A DNA stretch of 64,000 bases, taken from the NCBI GenBank assembly GCA_964016885.1, contig OZ024741.1, positions 147,188,001 through 147,252,000 of the forward strand, given 5' to 3'. This DNA is from Eledone cirrhosa (Eukaryota). Below are positions 13,621 through 26,860 of the stretch, one piece after another (the stretch's first letter is position 1; each line of letters begins with the position of its first letter). The notes under the pieces were generated by a model. The model did no database searches, was not told the DNA's origin, and saw nothing but the letters and a program-made list of their open reading frames with translations. The position numbers and the translations under genes are program-made.

Positions 13621-14599
13621 TATATTCCTAAAAGGATGGTGTATGGCAGAATTAATTTGTTACATTTGGTTACAGCTCTTTGCTTCCTGAGTTCAAATCT
13701 TGACATGGTTAAATTTGCCTTTGATCTTTCCAGGGTCAGTAAAATAAAGTACCAGTCACAAACTAGAATCAATATAATCAATCTCCCAAACTGTTGGCTT
13801 TGTGCCAAACTTCAAAACCATTATTATTGTAGTCATGCCTTCAGTATATAGGACGGCAACAAATTTTGACATAAAAAAATGTCTTATATACTGTAACATA
13901 CAATATATATTCTCAAACTATTTTCTTTATAAAGAACAGTTATGTCACCTTAGTCAGTATTGTCTTAAACAATTAACAATTAATTTTGGAACTATACTAT
14001 TTAATTGGAAACCGGTTAGAAAATATACATATAAAATGAAAAAAAAACTACAGAAATAAAATTGTAAAAGAAGAGATAACTTAAATGTCCAAATCAATTG
14101 GGAAATATTTTCTCTTCAATAATATATAAACTGATTTCATTTATGTGCAGGGAATATCTGTATCCAAAGATAAAGCATAAATTAGATAATTTTATAAGAA
14201 ACTTGTAGCTGAAGCCACATACATATGCAGTTGGCTTCTTAGAGAAAACAGTTGCTATCAATATGTTGAGATGAATATACTTGTGTATAATATTTGTGTA
14301 AATGTACATATATATAGAGATGTGTGTGTGTGTGTGTCTATGCAGATATTTATTACACTAACTATGCTGTCATTTAGGTACAAATGTTTCTTTCACTGCC
14401 TATTTTGGATTTTTCTATGTCACTTCTCTCTTTATATCTTCTTTTCTGGAACTCTTTTGCACTTGATGAAAGAGATCCCAACCATTACAAAATGGTGTCA
14501 ATACAATAGGCAGCCAAAGAAACATTTGTACCTAAATGTTAGCATAATATTGAGTGTACTCCCAACTTAGAATATTCTATACCATATTATACACATTGG

Positions 14600-15200
14600 A
14601 GTTCTAACGAGAAATCCAAAATGGGAAGAGCTCATCAGTACTCCACCAACATACCAAAATGGAACATGGGGGCACACTAGAGAACATAGAAATAAAAATC
14701 ATAGCCACACACCGAAAAGACACAATGCTCCAATGGATTACAGAAGTGACAAACATAAACAAACTCCAAACAATATTAAACAGAAAATATGAGTGGAATA
14801 GCAGCAACATCACAACTAGTAATTAAGGACAAGATAAAGACATACAGAGACACAGAAGAACCAAAATAATAAAACAAACCAGATACACACAGATAGAACA
14901 AGCAACCAACTAGTGACAAGTAAATAAATGTATAAATAAATAAATAAAAGCACACAAACACACAGATATAATGCATGTACAACCCAAATACACAGCACAA
15001 AGCTCACAAAAACAAGATGGTGTAGGACAGAACAGAGAGACACAAAATAACAAATTTGTCACTGAGGAGGGCACAGAATGTGTGACGAAAGAGCTATCAC
15101 AATAAACAAATAAACAACCATCTGTTTATTAAACTAACCAACTAGATATTTATAATAAATAATTGTGAAATCCATCACGTGCATCTGTTTTTATTGGCAG
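14600..15200 (+). mobile_element. PLE 3' fragment (GIY-YIG C-terminus plus pLTR), different family from the Naiad-like copies
   Basis: SVLHQHTKMEHGG..IEIKIIATH..D....ITE..I.....LNRKYEWN matches PLE endonuclease C-termini; a degenerate hammerhead follows. Confidence 0.6.
15056..15102 (+). ncRNA. Degenerate type-I hammerhead ribozyme
   Basis: CTGAGGA-gggcacagaatgtgtgac-GAAA-gagcta-TC-acaa; core intact, stems I and III partly mismatched. Confidence 0.5.
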
Positions 15201-15660
15201 CATGACCCACCCAAAGTATTACAATATATATTGTTTACACTCTTTATTTTCGATTTTTTTTCTTTACTTGGACTACCTTTATTTTCTGTATCTCCTTTGT
15301 GATCCTGGCTCTATTCTGTATCTCCTTTGTGATCCTGGCTCTATTTTTGTACATTTATTCATAATCGCTTTTATATACATTTTGGTGATAACCCTGTATA
15401 CTAAAGTGTTGGTGATAAACTACACATACTCTAATTTAAATTATATATGTTCTGTTATTATTTCTGGCAATATTATTACAACAATATGACCCTCTCCAAG
15501 TATAACAATATATATATATAGATATATAGAAATAGGATTTCACTTCAAGCATAGCGTTATACAAATATGTATAGAAATTTCGTATTTCTAAAGAAACATG
15601 GTTTTAGGAAGCCGTAGCTATGCAAACACTGGTGCTAACGCCCTCTGGTGGTGTCCAGCA

Positions 15661-15662
15661 TA

Positions 15663-15755
<93 letters not shown>

Positions 15756-15810
15756 ACCATATATATATATATATATATTCATATATATATGTACATACAT
15801 ATATATATAC

Positions 15811-15843
<33 letters not shown>
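15661..15843. repeat. (TA)n microsatellite
   Basis: Direct reading. Confidence 0.95.
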
Positions 15844-15863
<20 letters not shown>

Positions 15864-16051
15864 ACTGATAACAAACAAGGAAGAATTTTTCTCTCTTGAA
15901 TTTTCTTTCTTGACTGAGAAAAGTCGCCTGATGATTTAAGATTTCTCACAATACTCGCAGTATTATTATTTTTCTCAAAGAACTGCAGTAGGGACATTAA
16001 AGTAAGTAAGTAAAGATATTTTTCTTATCTTGTTTGTTTTTCCCAGATATG

Positions 16052-16091
<40 letters not shown>

Positions 16092-16279
16092 GGTTTGTTG
16101 GTTCACCACTGGATAGAACTGGTCATTCCATATGATCAACCTCGATGTAATATTATGGAAACCACTCAACGTAATGCAACTCACCCGTCTTCGTTTGTGT
16201 AGTTGGTGGTGCGAGGACGGAGTTAATTATTATAAAATAACAGGAGGCTGGACTGGTGTACTTCCTTGAAAGGTTTATT

Positions 16280-16337
16280 ATACTATGATCATTTCAATGA
16301 CCGGGTTCAGTATGAATCTGGTGACATCATCAGGTAT
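16280..16337 (-). ncRNA. Minimal type-I hammerhead ribozyme
   Basis: Minus strand: atac-CTGATGA-tgtcaccagattca tac tgaacccggtcatt-GAAA-tgatca-TA-gtat. Confidence 0.75.
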
Positions 16338-16485
16338 TCAAAATATAACAAAGGAATACAATAGACAAAATCCATGGGGCTGAAAAATCAGAGACATGAG
16401 GGCGACCGAACATTCAGCATCTTCTACCCTGGTCGGCCGCCCTCAAGTGTTGACTATTGTCAACACTTGAGGGCGGCTGTTATTT

Positions 16486-16514
<29 letters not shown>

Positions 16515-16518
<4 letters not shown>

Positions 16519-16864
16519 AAAACAAAGAACAAGTTCCTTATATTAAAAAATTCATCATTTTACGATCGTTTCTATGATATATATGTGTGTGTTGGTATGT
16601 ATATCATATAGATCTATGTAAACATTTTACAAATTATCAGAGGAAATATACATACCTTCACATATATATGCTGTCTTCAGAAATAATAATTAGATTATTT
16701 CTGAAGACAGCATATATATGTGAAGGTATGTATATTTCCTCTGATAGTTTGTAAAATCTTTACATAGATCTATATGATATACATAACAACACACGTATAT
16801 ATCCTAGAAACGATCGTAAAATGATGAATTTTTTAATATAAGGAACTTGTTCTTTGTTTTTATT
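16515..16864. repeat. ~172-bp-arm inverted repeat (inverted PLE pLTR)
   Basis: Arms 16515-16687 and 16694-16864 are near-perfect reverse complements with a 6-nt spacer. Confidence 0.9.
16694..16825 (+). ncRNA. Hammerhead ribozyme with ~100-nt extended stem II (mirror copy on the minus strand at ~16554-16687)
   Basis: attattt-CTGAAGA-cagcatatatatgtg...cacgtatatatccta-GAAA-cgatcg-TA-aaatgat. Confidence 0.7.
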
Positions 16865-18006
16865 CATTGTTTTTATTAATTTATCTTGACTCTGTTTTCC
16901 TGGGATTTTCATTGAAAATTTTTGAATGCATCTTCTCTTTTCATGATATTTGGATTACATTGAGTTCTTCATACGGATTGGACACTACCGTATATTTTGG
17001 TAGATTTATTTTAGTTGTGGTGCTATTCATGCTTAGATGTGGGGTTGATAGGGGGAGGGGGAGTGGTGTGTTGTTGGTGGCAGTGGTAACATGGGGAAGA
17101 TGTGAGGTGGAAATAATGTTTATATATATATATATGTATGTATATATATATATATATATGTATGTATATATATATATATATATATGTATAGTATTAGTTA
17201 GTATTAGTTATACTATTTATGGTTATGTAAACACAAAACCTTATGCAGTTATAAGTATTTTTCATACACCCTAAATAGTGGTAGGCAGTAATGTATTACA
17301 TTGTGGCACATTTTAATAGCTAGGTATAGAAACCCCGGAGTTACTTCCCCGCATGCATTAACTCCCCTTAGCCACACACACACTTCCGGGTGGTATTCAA
17401 TGGCGTTTCTCGAAACGTAACAGCCTCCTGTATAGAACTAAAGAACACCAGACTACGATCTCTAACTGGATTGGCAAACGCTCAATATCGAATTGTCGTG
17501 GATTATGTGAGGGGCATATAATCGAAAAATACACTCCCCTGACCATGAAAATGTCGAAGTACATGAAATACTTGACATCCCTTCGCTGTGCATCTCCAAT
17601 ACTTTTAACACTTTTAATGCTTGCACTATTTTTAATGCTTATAACATTTCTCCACACACAGACTATATCAATCATATAAAGAATTTGCCACCAGATCTAC
17701 CAACCTAACACTCTTGTTTACCTACCTAAGTGCCTCTACCACACATATCTCTCTGCCACACTATATAAACAAGACGCACATGCGTGCCACACATATAACA
17801 TTTGCACTATATAACCGCTTATCTTCATGTTGTATTTTAACCTGTATTTTTGATTTTTGATTGTATCTCTTAATATAAATGTAATCTCGAAGTGTGTACT
17901 GCCACTCTAAATTCTGTAATGAATGTTGACCTACAATATTTGAATATGTATCGGTATGTCTCTCGGCTGAAAAGGAGGTCATATAACTGTCCATGCATTA
18001 ATAAAT

Positions 18007-18053
18007 TGCTCCGAAGAATCCAAACCTCGGTTTGGAGGAAACAGCTGTAAGCA
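18007..18053 (+). ncRNA. Minimal type-I hammerhead ribozyme (U4C variant)
   Basis: tgct-CCGAAGA-atccaaacc tc ggtttggag-GAAA-cagctg-TA-agca; ~40 nt upstream of a (TA)n tract. Confidence 0.75.
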
Positions 18054-18091
18054 CAATAATGTTTTGAACAGTTCTTTGATTCTTATACTTC

Positions 18092-18106
18092 ATATATATG
18101 TATATA

Positions 18107-18169
<63 letters not shown>

Positions 18170-18174
18170 GTATA

Positions 18175-18272
<98 letters not shown>

Positions 18273-18300
18273 TATATGTATATATATATGTATATATATA
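18092..18300. repeat. (TA)n microsatellite
   Basis: Direct reading. Confidence 0.95.
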
Positions 18301-19290
18301 AAATTAAGTATGTGTGTGTGTGTCTGTGTGCCTGTGTATTACTTATAGGGGCCTACATCTTACGACCGATTTTCATGAAACTTTACAGGCTCATAGATTA
18401 GCCATCGGGGAATGTTTTCCATATATCAGCGTATCGTTTCTTATAATCCGGGGTCATTCTGCAGATAAAAATCGATAGGGGGTCACCTTTTTTAGGTATC
18501 GAAAAATAAGATTTTTGGCTCTAGCTCCAATATTTTGCCACCGATTTCGTTCAAGTTTTAAAGCAAAATAGAATTTATCATTGCACATCGAGTAATTGCT
18601 TTATATTTTGCATTTGTTATTCAGGGACGGCGTGGCAGCCGTTTAAATATACAAAAATACCACTTTTAGACTCAAATTTTCACTTTTTCGTCTCTAGCTC
18701 CCACATTAATCAACCTACTTTGTTCAAATTTTACACTACGCTAGATCTGATTAAAGTGGCTTTACATTTTGGATTTTTTGTTCAGGAACGGCGTGGCAGC
18801 CACTTAAATATTCGAAAATACGACCTTTTCGCTCAAATTTCCGCCTTTTCGGCTCTAGCTCCCACATTTTTCAACCGATTTCGTTCAAATTCAAAACTTC
18901 GGCTCCACCTCACACATAAATCAATTTATTAGGTTCAACTTTTATACTACGATAGAATCTATCATTGCACATCTTATAGATGGTCAAAGGCAAAACGATG
19001 GCCACTGACGTCGTCTGAGCTTTTAGTAGAGTATTTGAGAATTCATCGGTTTCCAATGAAGTAGCGTGAGGAAATTTGGCTTAGTGTTAGAGGTCATTAC
19101 CTCTCTCCCCCAGCACGCTCCTTCGTCAGTCACCCGCGTTTCTCAGTGATAGAGGTCATCACCACCCTCACCTGCATGGCCTGTGTGTGGCCATAGATGA
19201 GTCATCGAGAAGCAGTCGCTAAGATCAACACCTTTTCATCAAAGCAGATATTATTTTACCTACCCAGGCAACGCTGGGTACTGCTGCTAG
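18290..19290 (+). mobile_element. Non-autonomous Helitron
   Basis: 3' hairpin ACCCAGGCAACGCTGGGT followed by CTAG|T at 19287-19291; 5' TATATAAAA plus (TG)n and accgattttcatgaaacttt; three internal subrepeats (ctctagctcc). Confidence 0.75.
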
Positions 19291-19454
19291 TATATATATA
19301 AAATAATTAAGTCAAATATGTAAAATTTGGCTTCGTTTATTATTGATATACTGCTATATATATATATCGGTGACAGCCATCATTGGCTGTGACATCTTCA
19401 GGCAGTCCGAATTGGTGTGGGAAAGACAGGTACACATGTTGTTGAAGTGGTCCC

Positions 19455-20430
19455 TTAGTCTGTAATCTGGCGGGCACTTAGGAATCTAGAAGTAGAAGAG
19501 CGGCTAGTGAGGGCAATACAAGCCATGTACAGAGGTGCAGTCAGCAACATTAAAATTAATAATGACTATAGTGAGGACTCCAACCTTAGCTCTCTCCTAT
19601 TTATTACCATCCCCAGGGCTATAACAGAAGAGTTTAAAACAGGATGCCCATGGGAACTCCTGTATGCTGATAATCTAACTCTCATAGATGAATCTATGAC
19701 AGAACTAGAGAAAATATTCCTGACCTGGAAGCATAACCTGGAATGATGAATGACAGCTACCCAAAAAGGCGCAGGGTGCTCAAAGTTGATAGAAGCTAAG
19801 GACTAGGAAGGCCTAGAAAGAATTAGAATGATGTGATAAAAGCTGACTATGCATAATTACACCTCTCAAAGGTGATGATAGAGGATTGAGATCTTTGACA
19901 TTACGCAGTAATACAGAAGACCAGCCTTCCCAGTGCACAGGTTGAAGCATACATCTAGTACGCACTACCCCCCCCCCTCTTCCATGCACTTTCAATGTCC
20001 TAACAGCCCACCCTTCATCTACACACCCCACACCTCTCCAGATACGTGTCCTACCCTATATCTACCTCCCCAATCCCCCATGGACTTCCACCACCCCAGC
20101 CCCTAGATCACACTGTGAAGTGGTTGTATTGGTGACATGACAAAAAGCACCCAGCCCACACTGTAAAGTGGTCATGTAGGTCTCACAACAAAAAGCACCC
20201 AGTCCTCACTGTACAGTGGTCATATGGGTGTCACGGTAAAAAGCACCCAGTCCATTTTGTAAATATGGTTCACATTAGGAAGGGCATCCAGCTGTAGAAA
20301 CCAAGCCAAAATCAGTCCAGTATGAGCAAGATGCAGTCATTGATCTGGCTTGTCTTATAGTGGGACAACTTGTCTAGCCCAGGCTAGCGTGGAAAAATGG
20401 ACATTAAACAGTGTTGAGGATGATAATGGT
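19455..20430 (+). mobile_element. Decayed RTE LINE fragments with 3' UTR containing ~40-bp tandem repeats
   Basis: RAIQAMY...EEFKTGCPWELLYADNL (same family as 51187-52801); repeats of aaaagcacccag..cactgtaaagtggt; ggaagggcatccagctgtagaaa tail. Confidence 0.8.
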
Positions 20431-20898
20431 GATGATTGTGATATTGTCAAATAGCATCTATTAAGTTTCTCTTGCAATGTTTCTTCTTTAGATTAAGTCA
20501 TCATCACAGCAAATGCCATGCTACATTACTCTCCTCTGTTAGTTACATTAAAATAATCACTGCCATTTATCAGCAAAGACATTCACATACAACAATAACA
20601 ATAAGTGCTTTAAGGCCATCTTCCCTGCTAAAACATAGTGTTAATTTTGCAGGACTCCATGATAGGCTTCTTCACGTTTCTTTATTGTCAGTATCTCCCA
20701 ACACTAATTTTCACTTTTTCCATCATTTTTAGCCATTTCTTTTTGAACTTCCTAGTGAAATTCTCTTCTGTTAATCTACTAGCTTTATCAAATTTATATA
20801 ATCTGACAGTAAGTTTGTACATTTAAGATGTGTACAAACATTCTTAATTCATATTTTCCAAATAGTACAGTATCCTACAAACATATGTTTATTACATA

Positions 20899-21060
20899 TA
20901 ATTGTTTCTACTTTAGGCACAAGGCCAGCAATTACCCAGTGTATTACTGGTACTTTATTTTATCGACCCCGTAAGGATGAAAGGCAAAGTTAACCTTGGC
21001 AGGATTTGAACTCAGAATGGCAAGGGCCGTAACTCAATGCGTCAAAGCATGGCATCCGAA
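20899..21060 (-). mobile_element. SINE family A
   Basis: Reverse complement of the family A sequence. Confidence 0.85.
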
Positions 21061-21344
21061 TTACACCATTAGGAAGAAACACATTACAAAATTACAGCCC
21101 AAAAAATAAACAACCAATGTAAGCAGCACTCCAGCATGGCCATGTTAATATAATTTGAAAGAAATAAAATTTCAAGGATTTACAATCTCTGATGACATGA
21201 CCTTTCATAAAGTACATAATACTTGTGAGGGAACCCATAACATACTACATCAAACAGACATTATTTGAAGATATCATCATCAAGTAATTTGTACCAAAGA
21301 AAATCAAAACTACAGAATCTAAAACAACTCATTCAATCTATGTT

Positions 21345-21620
21345 GACCATTCCACAGACACATGTATCCTTAATGAAATTTTCTAGGAAATTCAGCATGA
21401 CACAGTGTTACAAAGCTGGACACTTGAATCACAGGCACAGTTCATTCAACAAACTTTGAAATAGTTTCTCTCTACCAATTTTCACTCACAAAGCTTGGAT
21501 CAATCTGAAGCTATGGTAAATAACCTTGCCCCAGATGTCATATGTTAGAATTGAACTGGGGACCTTATGATTGCGATGTAAACTTCCTAACCATTTGATG
21601 ATGCTGCATCCATGTCACCA
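21345..21620 (-). mobile_element. Diverged tRNA-derived SINE family B (similar copies at ~24090-24350 and ~24500-24690)
   Basis: Minus strand tggttaggaagttt...cagttcaattct head with a shared ttgtgagtgaa...ctgtg body. Confidence 0.55.
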
Positions 21621-22879
21621 CAATATGGTTTCTTATTTGTTTCTTTTTTTATCATTATCAACAAAGATTTTTTTATTTATATATATTTATATAATCATAC
21701 ATTTTTGGTAAGAATCTTTTTCAGGTCACTTGTCATTTGTTATAAGTAGATTAATATTTTATATTTTATTTCTTGCTAAGCACATCTTGAATAGAAGAAA
21801 TGAATTTATATAAAATTCCCCTAAAGATACAAATTTTATACTATTTCGTACTAAAATAAATATTTTGAAATAACAAATAAACACATTTATTTTGAAATAT
21901 TAAAAAAAAAAAAAAAAAAAGAATAAAAACTTAAGAAAAAATTGTTCCAGTTAGAGAATGCTAATAAAAATCTTGGCTATAAAAGTGAGAGTATTCAATA
22001 AAATTATATATCTTTGGATAAATAATATTTGGGTTTATTTCATTCTGTTGATCTTTAATGTAACAGAGCATGTCAAATGTTTATCAAATAAAGTAAACAA
22101 AAAAATGTAACCCTTGATTCCAATATTTTGTTTGTAACTTTGTTATAAAATACAAATATGTGTCTATTTACTTATATTGTTTATACATGATGCTAAATAA
22201 TACAACTTATGACTTATGGTGTGTTGTGTGGGTGGGTTGAACTATTGAGAGAAAACTAAAGAACAATTTTATATGAGATTTGTATTTGAATTTGGTTGAA
22301 CTGACTGACATTTAAATGTAAGAGTAAATATACAGGATAGTTTTTTCTGATTGGAAATAAAATGAGCAGGATAGGAAAACATTTTTATTAATAAAGTTAG
22401 ATTTAAAAAGAAAGAATCATTATCATTTAACATCCATTTTTCTATGCTGGGAAGGTTTGGATGGGACATCACAGACAAAGACAGTATTTAATCAGAGTTG
22501 CTGTTCTCCTGGGTAGGACCACATTTCACTGATATACATTCCAAAAGAAGTAATGATTATTATAACAATGACGATTAGGAATATAGCTGGTTTAAAAAAA
22601 TAGTGTAGTGAGTAAACAGCAATGAGAACTTCAACTGGATTTAACATAAGCAGAAGTGGTGAAAATTACTCTCAGAATACTGAACCTCACAAAAGAGATA
22701 ACAAAGGAACACAACAAGAGGATTCCTCTAACCCATATAAACATGAGAAACTGGATATAGAATTGAAATGATGATTGTGTTGGACATTTAAAACATAGTC
22801 ACTAATAAACATCCACTACTTAATGTAACAAGGTGCTAATATAAGAACAGAAATACATACCTACTAAAAATAATATAAG

Positions 22880-23250
22880 ATATATGATCTATGAGGTAAC
22901 AATCAAATCAACCAGCCCAACTACACCACTAACCTCAAGCAAAACGTTGGACTTACCGAAAAGCAGTTCAAAGAGTGGTATAATAACCATACAGCATTGT
23001 AGTTTAACAAGAATAAAAAAACACAATATAACTCCCCGGTTATGTCTGGGAACTGAAAGAAAACCCCCTATACTACAATATCAGTTGGAGGATAGCAGAA
23101 AGATGCTTTTGAAAAGGAAATTATTTTCTACATAACAACAAAACAGAGTAGCCTTTCTTGAAGCACACTAAAATAGAAAAAAATAATGATTTTATTTTTT
23201 TGGAGCACCGAAAGTAAACAACATTCTGGAAATATACACATTCAAAAACC
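22880..23250 (+). mobile_element. PLE GIY-YIG fragment, decayed
   Basis: IYEVTI...VGLTEKQFKEWYNNH...YVWELKE...YNISWRI, read across frameshifts. Confidence 0.65.
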
Positions 23251-23465
23251 AGTATAAGCATAACATTTCTGAGAATTCGACATCTGAAAGACAAAGTCTA
23301 ATTAACTTAAGTATTTTTTTAAGGTGTATGCCTAACTACAATGTGTTTACACATCAAAGGTTCATTCTTTCATATGAAATCACACTCAGGTCAAACCCAC
23401 GCTAGCGTGGAAAATGGATGTTAAATGGTGATAATGATGATGATGATATATATATATATATGTGG

Positions 23466-23496
<31 letters not shown>

Positions 23497-23854
23497 ATGT
23501 ATTGATTTTAAGTATTTTGGTCTATCTTTTTCTCCATCTCTTTATCCCAAATTATCTTGTCCTATTACAAGATACTTTCTCCCAATGTTCAGCGAAGTGA
23601 TTAATCCTATTAATATAGCATTTATCTCTTTGTAATCTATTCTTCAGACAACTGGTCTCAAATGCCATATATATGTAGAAACATCATAAAGATATATTTC
23701 TCTTTTAAACATCAAACTTAATGCTATGTGAAAACCTTTAAGTTATGTATCAAATGGTAGATAAATCATGAAAAAGTTTGTTATTTTACTAAATACTTCC
23801 ACATACTTAATTATTTTCAAAATTATTTGAAAATTATAAACAGTATTTTTCAAC

Positions 23855-24008
23855 GGACGCCATGCTTTCAAGCATAGTTACGTCCCTTTACGATCTGAGT
23901 TCAAATCCCGCCGAGGTTGACTTTGCCTTTCATCCTTACGGGGTCGATAAAATAAAGTACCTGTAATACACTGGGTAATTGCTGGCCTTGTGCCTAAAGT
24001 AGAAACAA
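23855..24008 (+). mobile_element. SINE family A, 5'-truncated, with TSD
   Basis: Family A sequence flanked by the direct repeat agtatttttcaac. Confidence 0.9.
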
Positions 24009-26860
24009 GTATTTTTCAACAGAAATATAATAATGAAAGTGTCAAGATTTTCTGTTGCCATATAGATTTTGTATTATTAATATTGTATTCTACAGACATG
24101 TGTACCTCCTAAAGTAATCCCAGGGAGAATCAACTTGACACTTTGTAAGACAATTCTGATCTTTTGAAATACAGGTGCACTACATCCTATGAGCTTCCAA
24201 ACAATTTGCATCAAATAAATTTCACTCACAAGACTTGGATCAATCTGAGATTATGGTAAATGATATTTACTTAAGATGCTTTATGATAGGATCAAGCCCA
24301 GGATTTTATGATTGTGAAAAGGATTTTTTTTATCATTTGGCCATACCAGCATTCATTTAAATGATTTGGTCTTCACAATCAAATGAAATATTTAAATCTT
24401 AATGGAATGACTTCCATCCATCGTTTTTGAGAATGAGTATTCCAGTTGCTCAATATATGGAAACAGGCTGCTTGTGATATTTAGATGCATGTCACTGAGC
24501 CTTCTACAGACACGTGTACCCTTAAAGTAATTCTCAAGAAGAGTCAGGGTGACACATGGGATGTAATCCATCTAATGGGCTTCCAAACATTTCAGTCTAC
24601 TTAATTTAACTCACAAAGCCTGGGTCAACTATGTGAGCTGCTGTGTTTAGTCCAGATTTGAAGTCATAAAGTAAACAGCCACAAAAAAAAAAAATGATTT
24701 GGATAGATCTATGTTACTTCCCCTTTGAAGGCGTAACAGAAAATGTGAAATGCACATAGCCCATACCAACATCACCTCTTATATATGCGGGCATGTGCAG
24801 CATTCAATATTTCCAGAAAATTCTACCAAAATACCTCCATTTAAAAAACGGCAAGAACTTATGGTCAAACTCAATATTTCTAATCAACAGCATGCCAATA
24901 TAGTAACTAGGAAACAAGGAAAAGAAAGTCTTTTTTCTTCTACTTATAAAATGATCTACAACTAATTGAGTAAAAACATAATTTACTTCCATGTAATATG
25001 TATTGCTGCACACTGCTTATAAATTAGACAAATATACATACATAAATACATGCATATACATACATATATATAACTACATACATACACATACATTCATACA
25101 TACAAAGTAAATGCAGCTCAATATATATGGATATGTTTGTATTTATTTTCTCATGGGATTACTCTTTATATTACATAAATACATAGTATATATTTATATA
25201 GATAAATACAGATACACACAGATATTTATCCCCACCTGAAAATGGGAGCGAAGGTGAGTGATACATAATTAAGAATGTGTAAAATTGCAGAGGCTAATGG
25301 GATATTCTTGTTGGTTTCATTGATAGAATTCTCCCCATTTCTAACAAAATAATTTGGTATATAACTGTATACATATACTCTGGATATCAGGTGTTTATTC
25401 ATAGAATTCTATATTCCCAAACCACTTGCTTTAAAGTGATTACATATGGGTATATAAGATAACATAATTATTTACATAGTAGCTATTTGTTGCTTTCTAC
25501 TTTCATTTAATTTATATGTTGATATTTATTAGTATTATTATATTTATTATTATTATTGTCATCATCATCATCATCATCACAACCATTATTATGATTTCGA
25601 TAGAACTGCTCTTCATGTGAGTATGCATGTCACTACTTACATATCCATAAAGTCATTTTATGAAGATTGCATGTTGCTACTTGCATATAGCTTATCTGTA
25701 TCTTGATAGATTTAGCTTGTAGCTACATTATTTATGTTGTGTCTTTGCTTGCATTTCTCTGATTTAGTTTTTTTCTTTAGCACTGAAGAACAGTTAATTG
25801 GCTTTTACTTATGTCTCTTTACATTCTGAGTTCAAAATCCTCCAAGGTCAACTTGCCTTTCATCCACCCAGCGTTGATAAAATAAATTTACAATCATGTT
25901 GCTGGCCTTGAAACTAATTTTAACACTTTAAGAGCTAAGTAAATATATTATATGCAGGACAAACTAATACTTTCATATTTCAATTAGAAAAATTGGAAAT
26001 CTCATGAAAATGGAGTCTAAAAGTAATTAACAAATTGATTTTAATTTAACCAAATCAATTACTTTATACCATATGCATAACTTTGAAATTAATAGTATAT
26101 CACAGCTACAATTATCTAATGTCACTAAATAAATCAAAAGCATATTTTTCTGGGCTATTAACAATATTTGCAATATGTTCATCGACACTAGGATCATTAG
26201 AGTGTTTGACATTTGTTCTGGTTCTCTGTACTCTGAATTCAAATCCAATTGAGGTCCTCTTTGCCTATTCCAGTGCCATGATAAGATGCACCTAGTACTC
26301 TTTGTAAAGTGGGTTATGTTAGGAAGGGCATCCAGCCAAAGAAACTGCAAAAAAAAAAATGTATTGACTGAGAATGGTCCCCTAACTAATTTAGGAGCAC
26401 AGTGACTCTGTTAAATTATTGAATTTATGTATAGTAACCTGTCTAGAAATATAATTATAGCACTCTTTTATTGCTTGTCACATGCATGGTCTAGTAGTTA
26501 GAGTATCAGTCACCTGATGATATGATCATAGATTTGATTCCTTGAATGGGTGGCACATTGCCTTATTTCACATTGCTTTTCATGATAGGACTGGGGCTCT
26601 TATTATGACACCCTAAAACATCCATGAGGTGTCTTGTGGGAGAACAGTTAATTCTACATAGTGCTTGTCATGTATAAGGGTTCATATAATTTCAAGGCCA
26701 GATTGTTTTTCATGAAAGAACACCTGAGAAACCCCCTATGAGATTCAACTTTGTCGAAGGACAATTAAAATTGCATAGATGAGAACTGTAAATTTAATTT
26801 TTTTACAACCCATACCAGCATGGAATAAAAACCCCAAAGAAAATGTGTCCAATTCCCATA

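Noticed and set aside
15620-18401. ORFs rich in YI/IY, CV or HT repeats (also 34266-34611, 42758-43185, 54984-55455)
   Set aside because: Translations of (TA)n and (CA)n microsatellites, not genes.
20110-20270. CRISPR-like regularly spaced repeats
   Set aside because: Simple ~40-bp tandem repeats of the RTE 3' UTR with no unique spacers; eukaryotic context and no cas genes.
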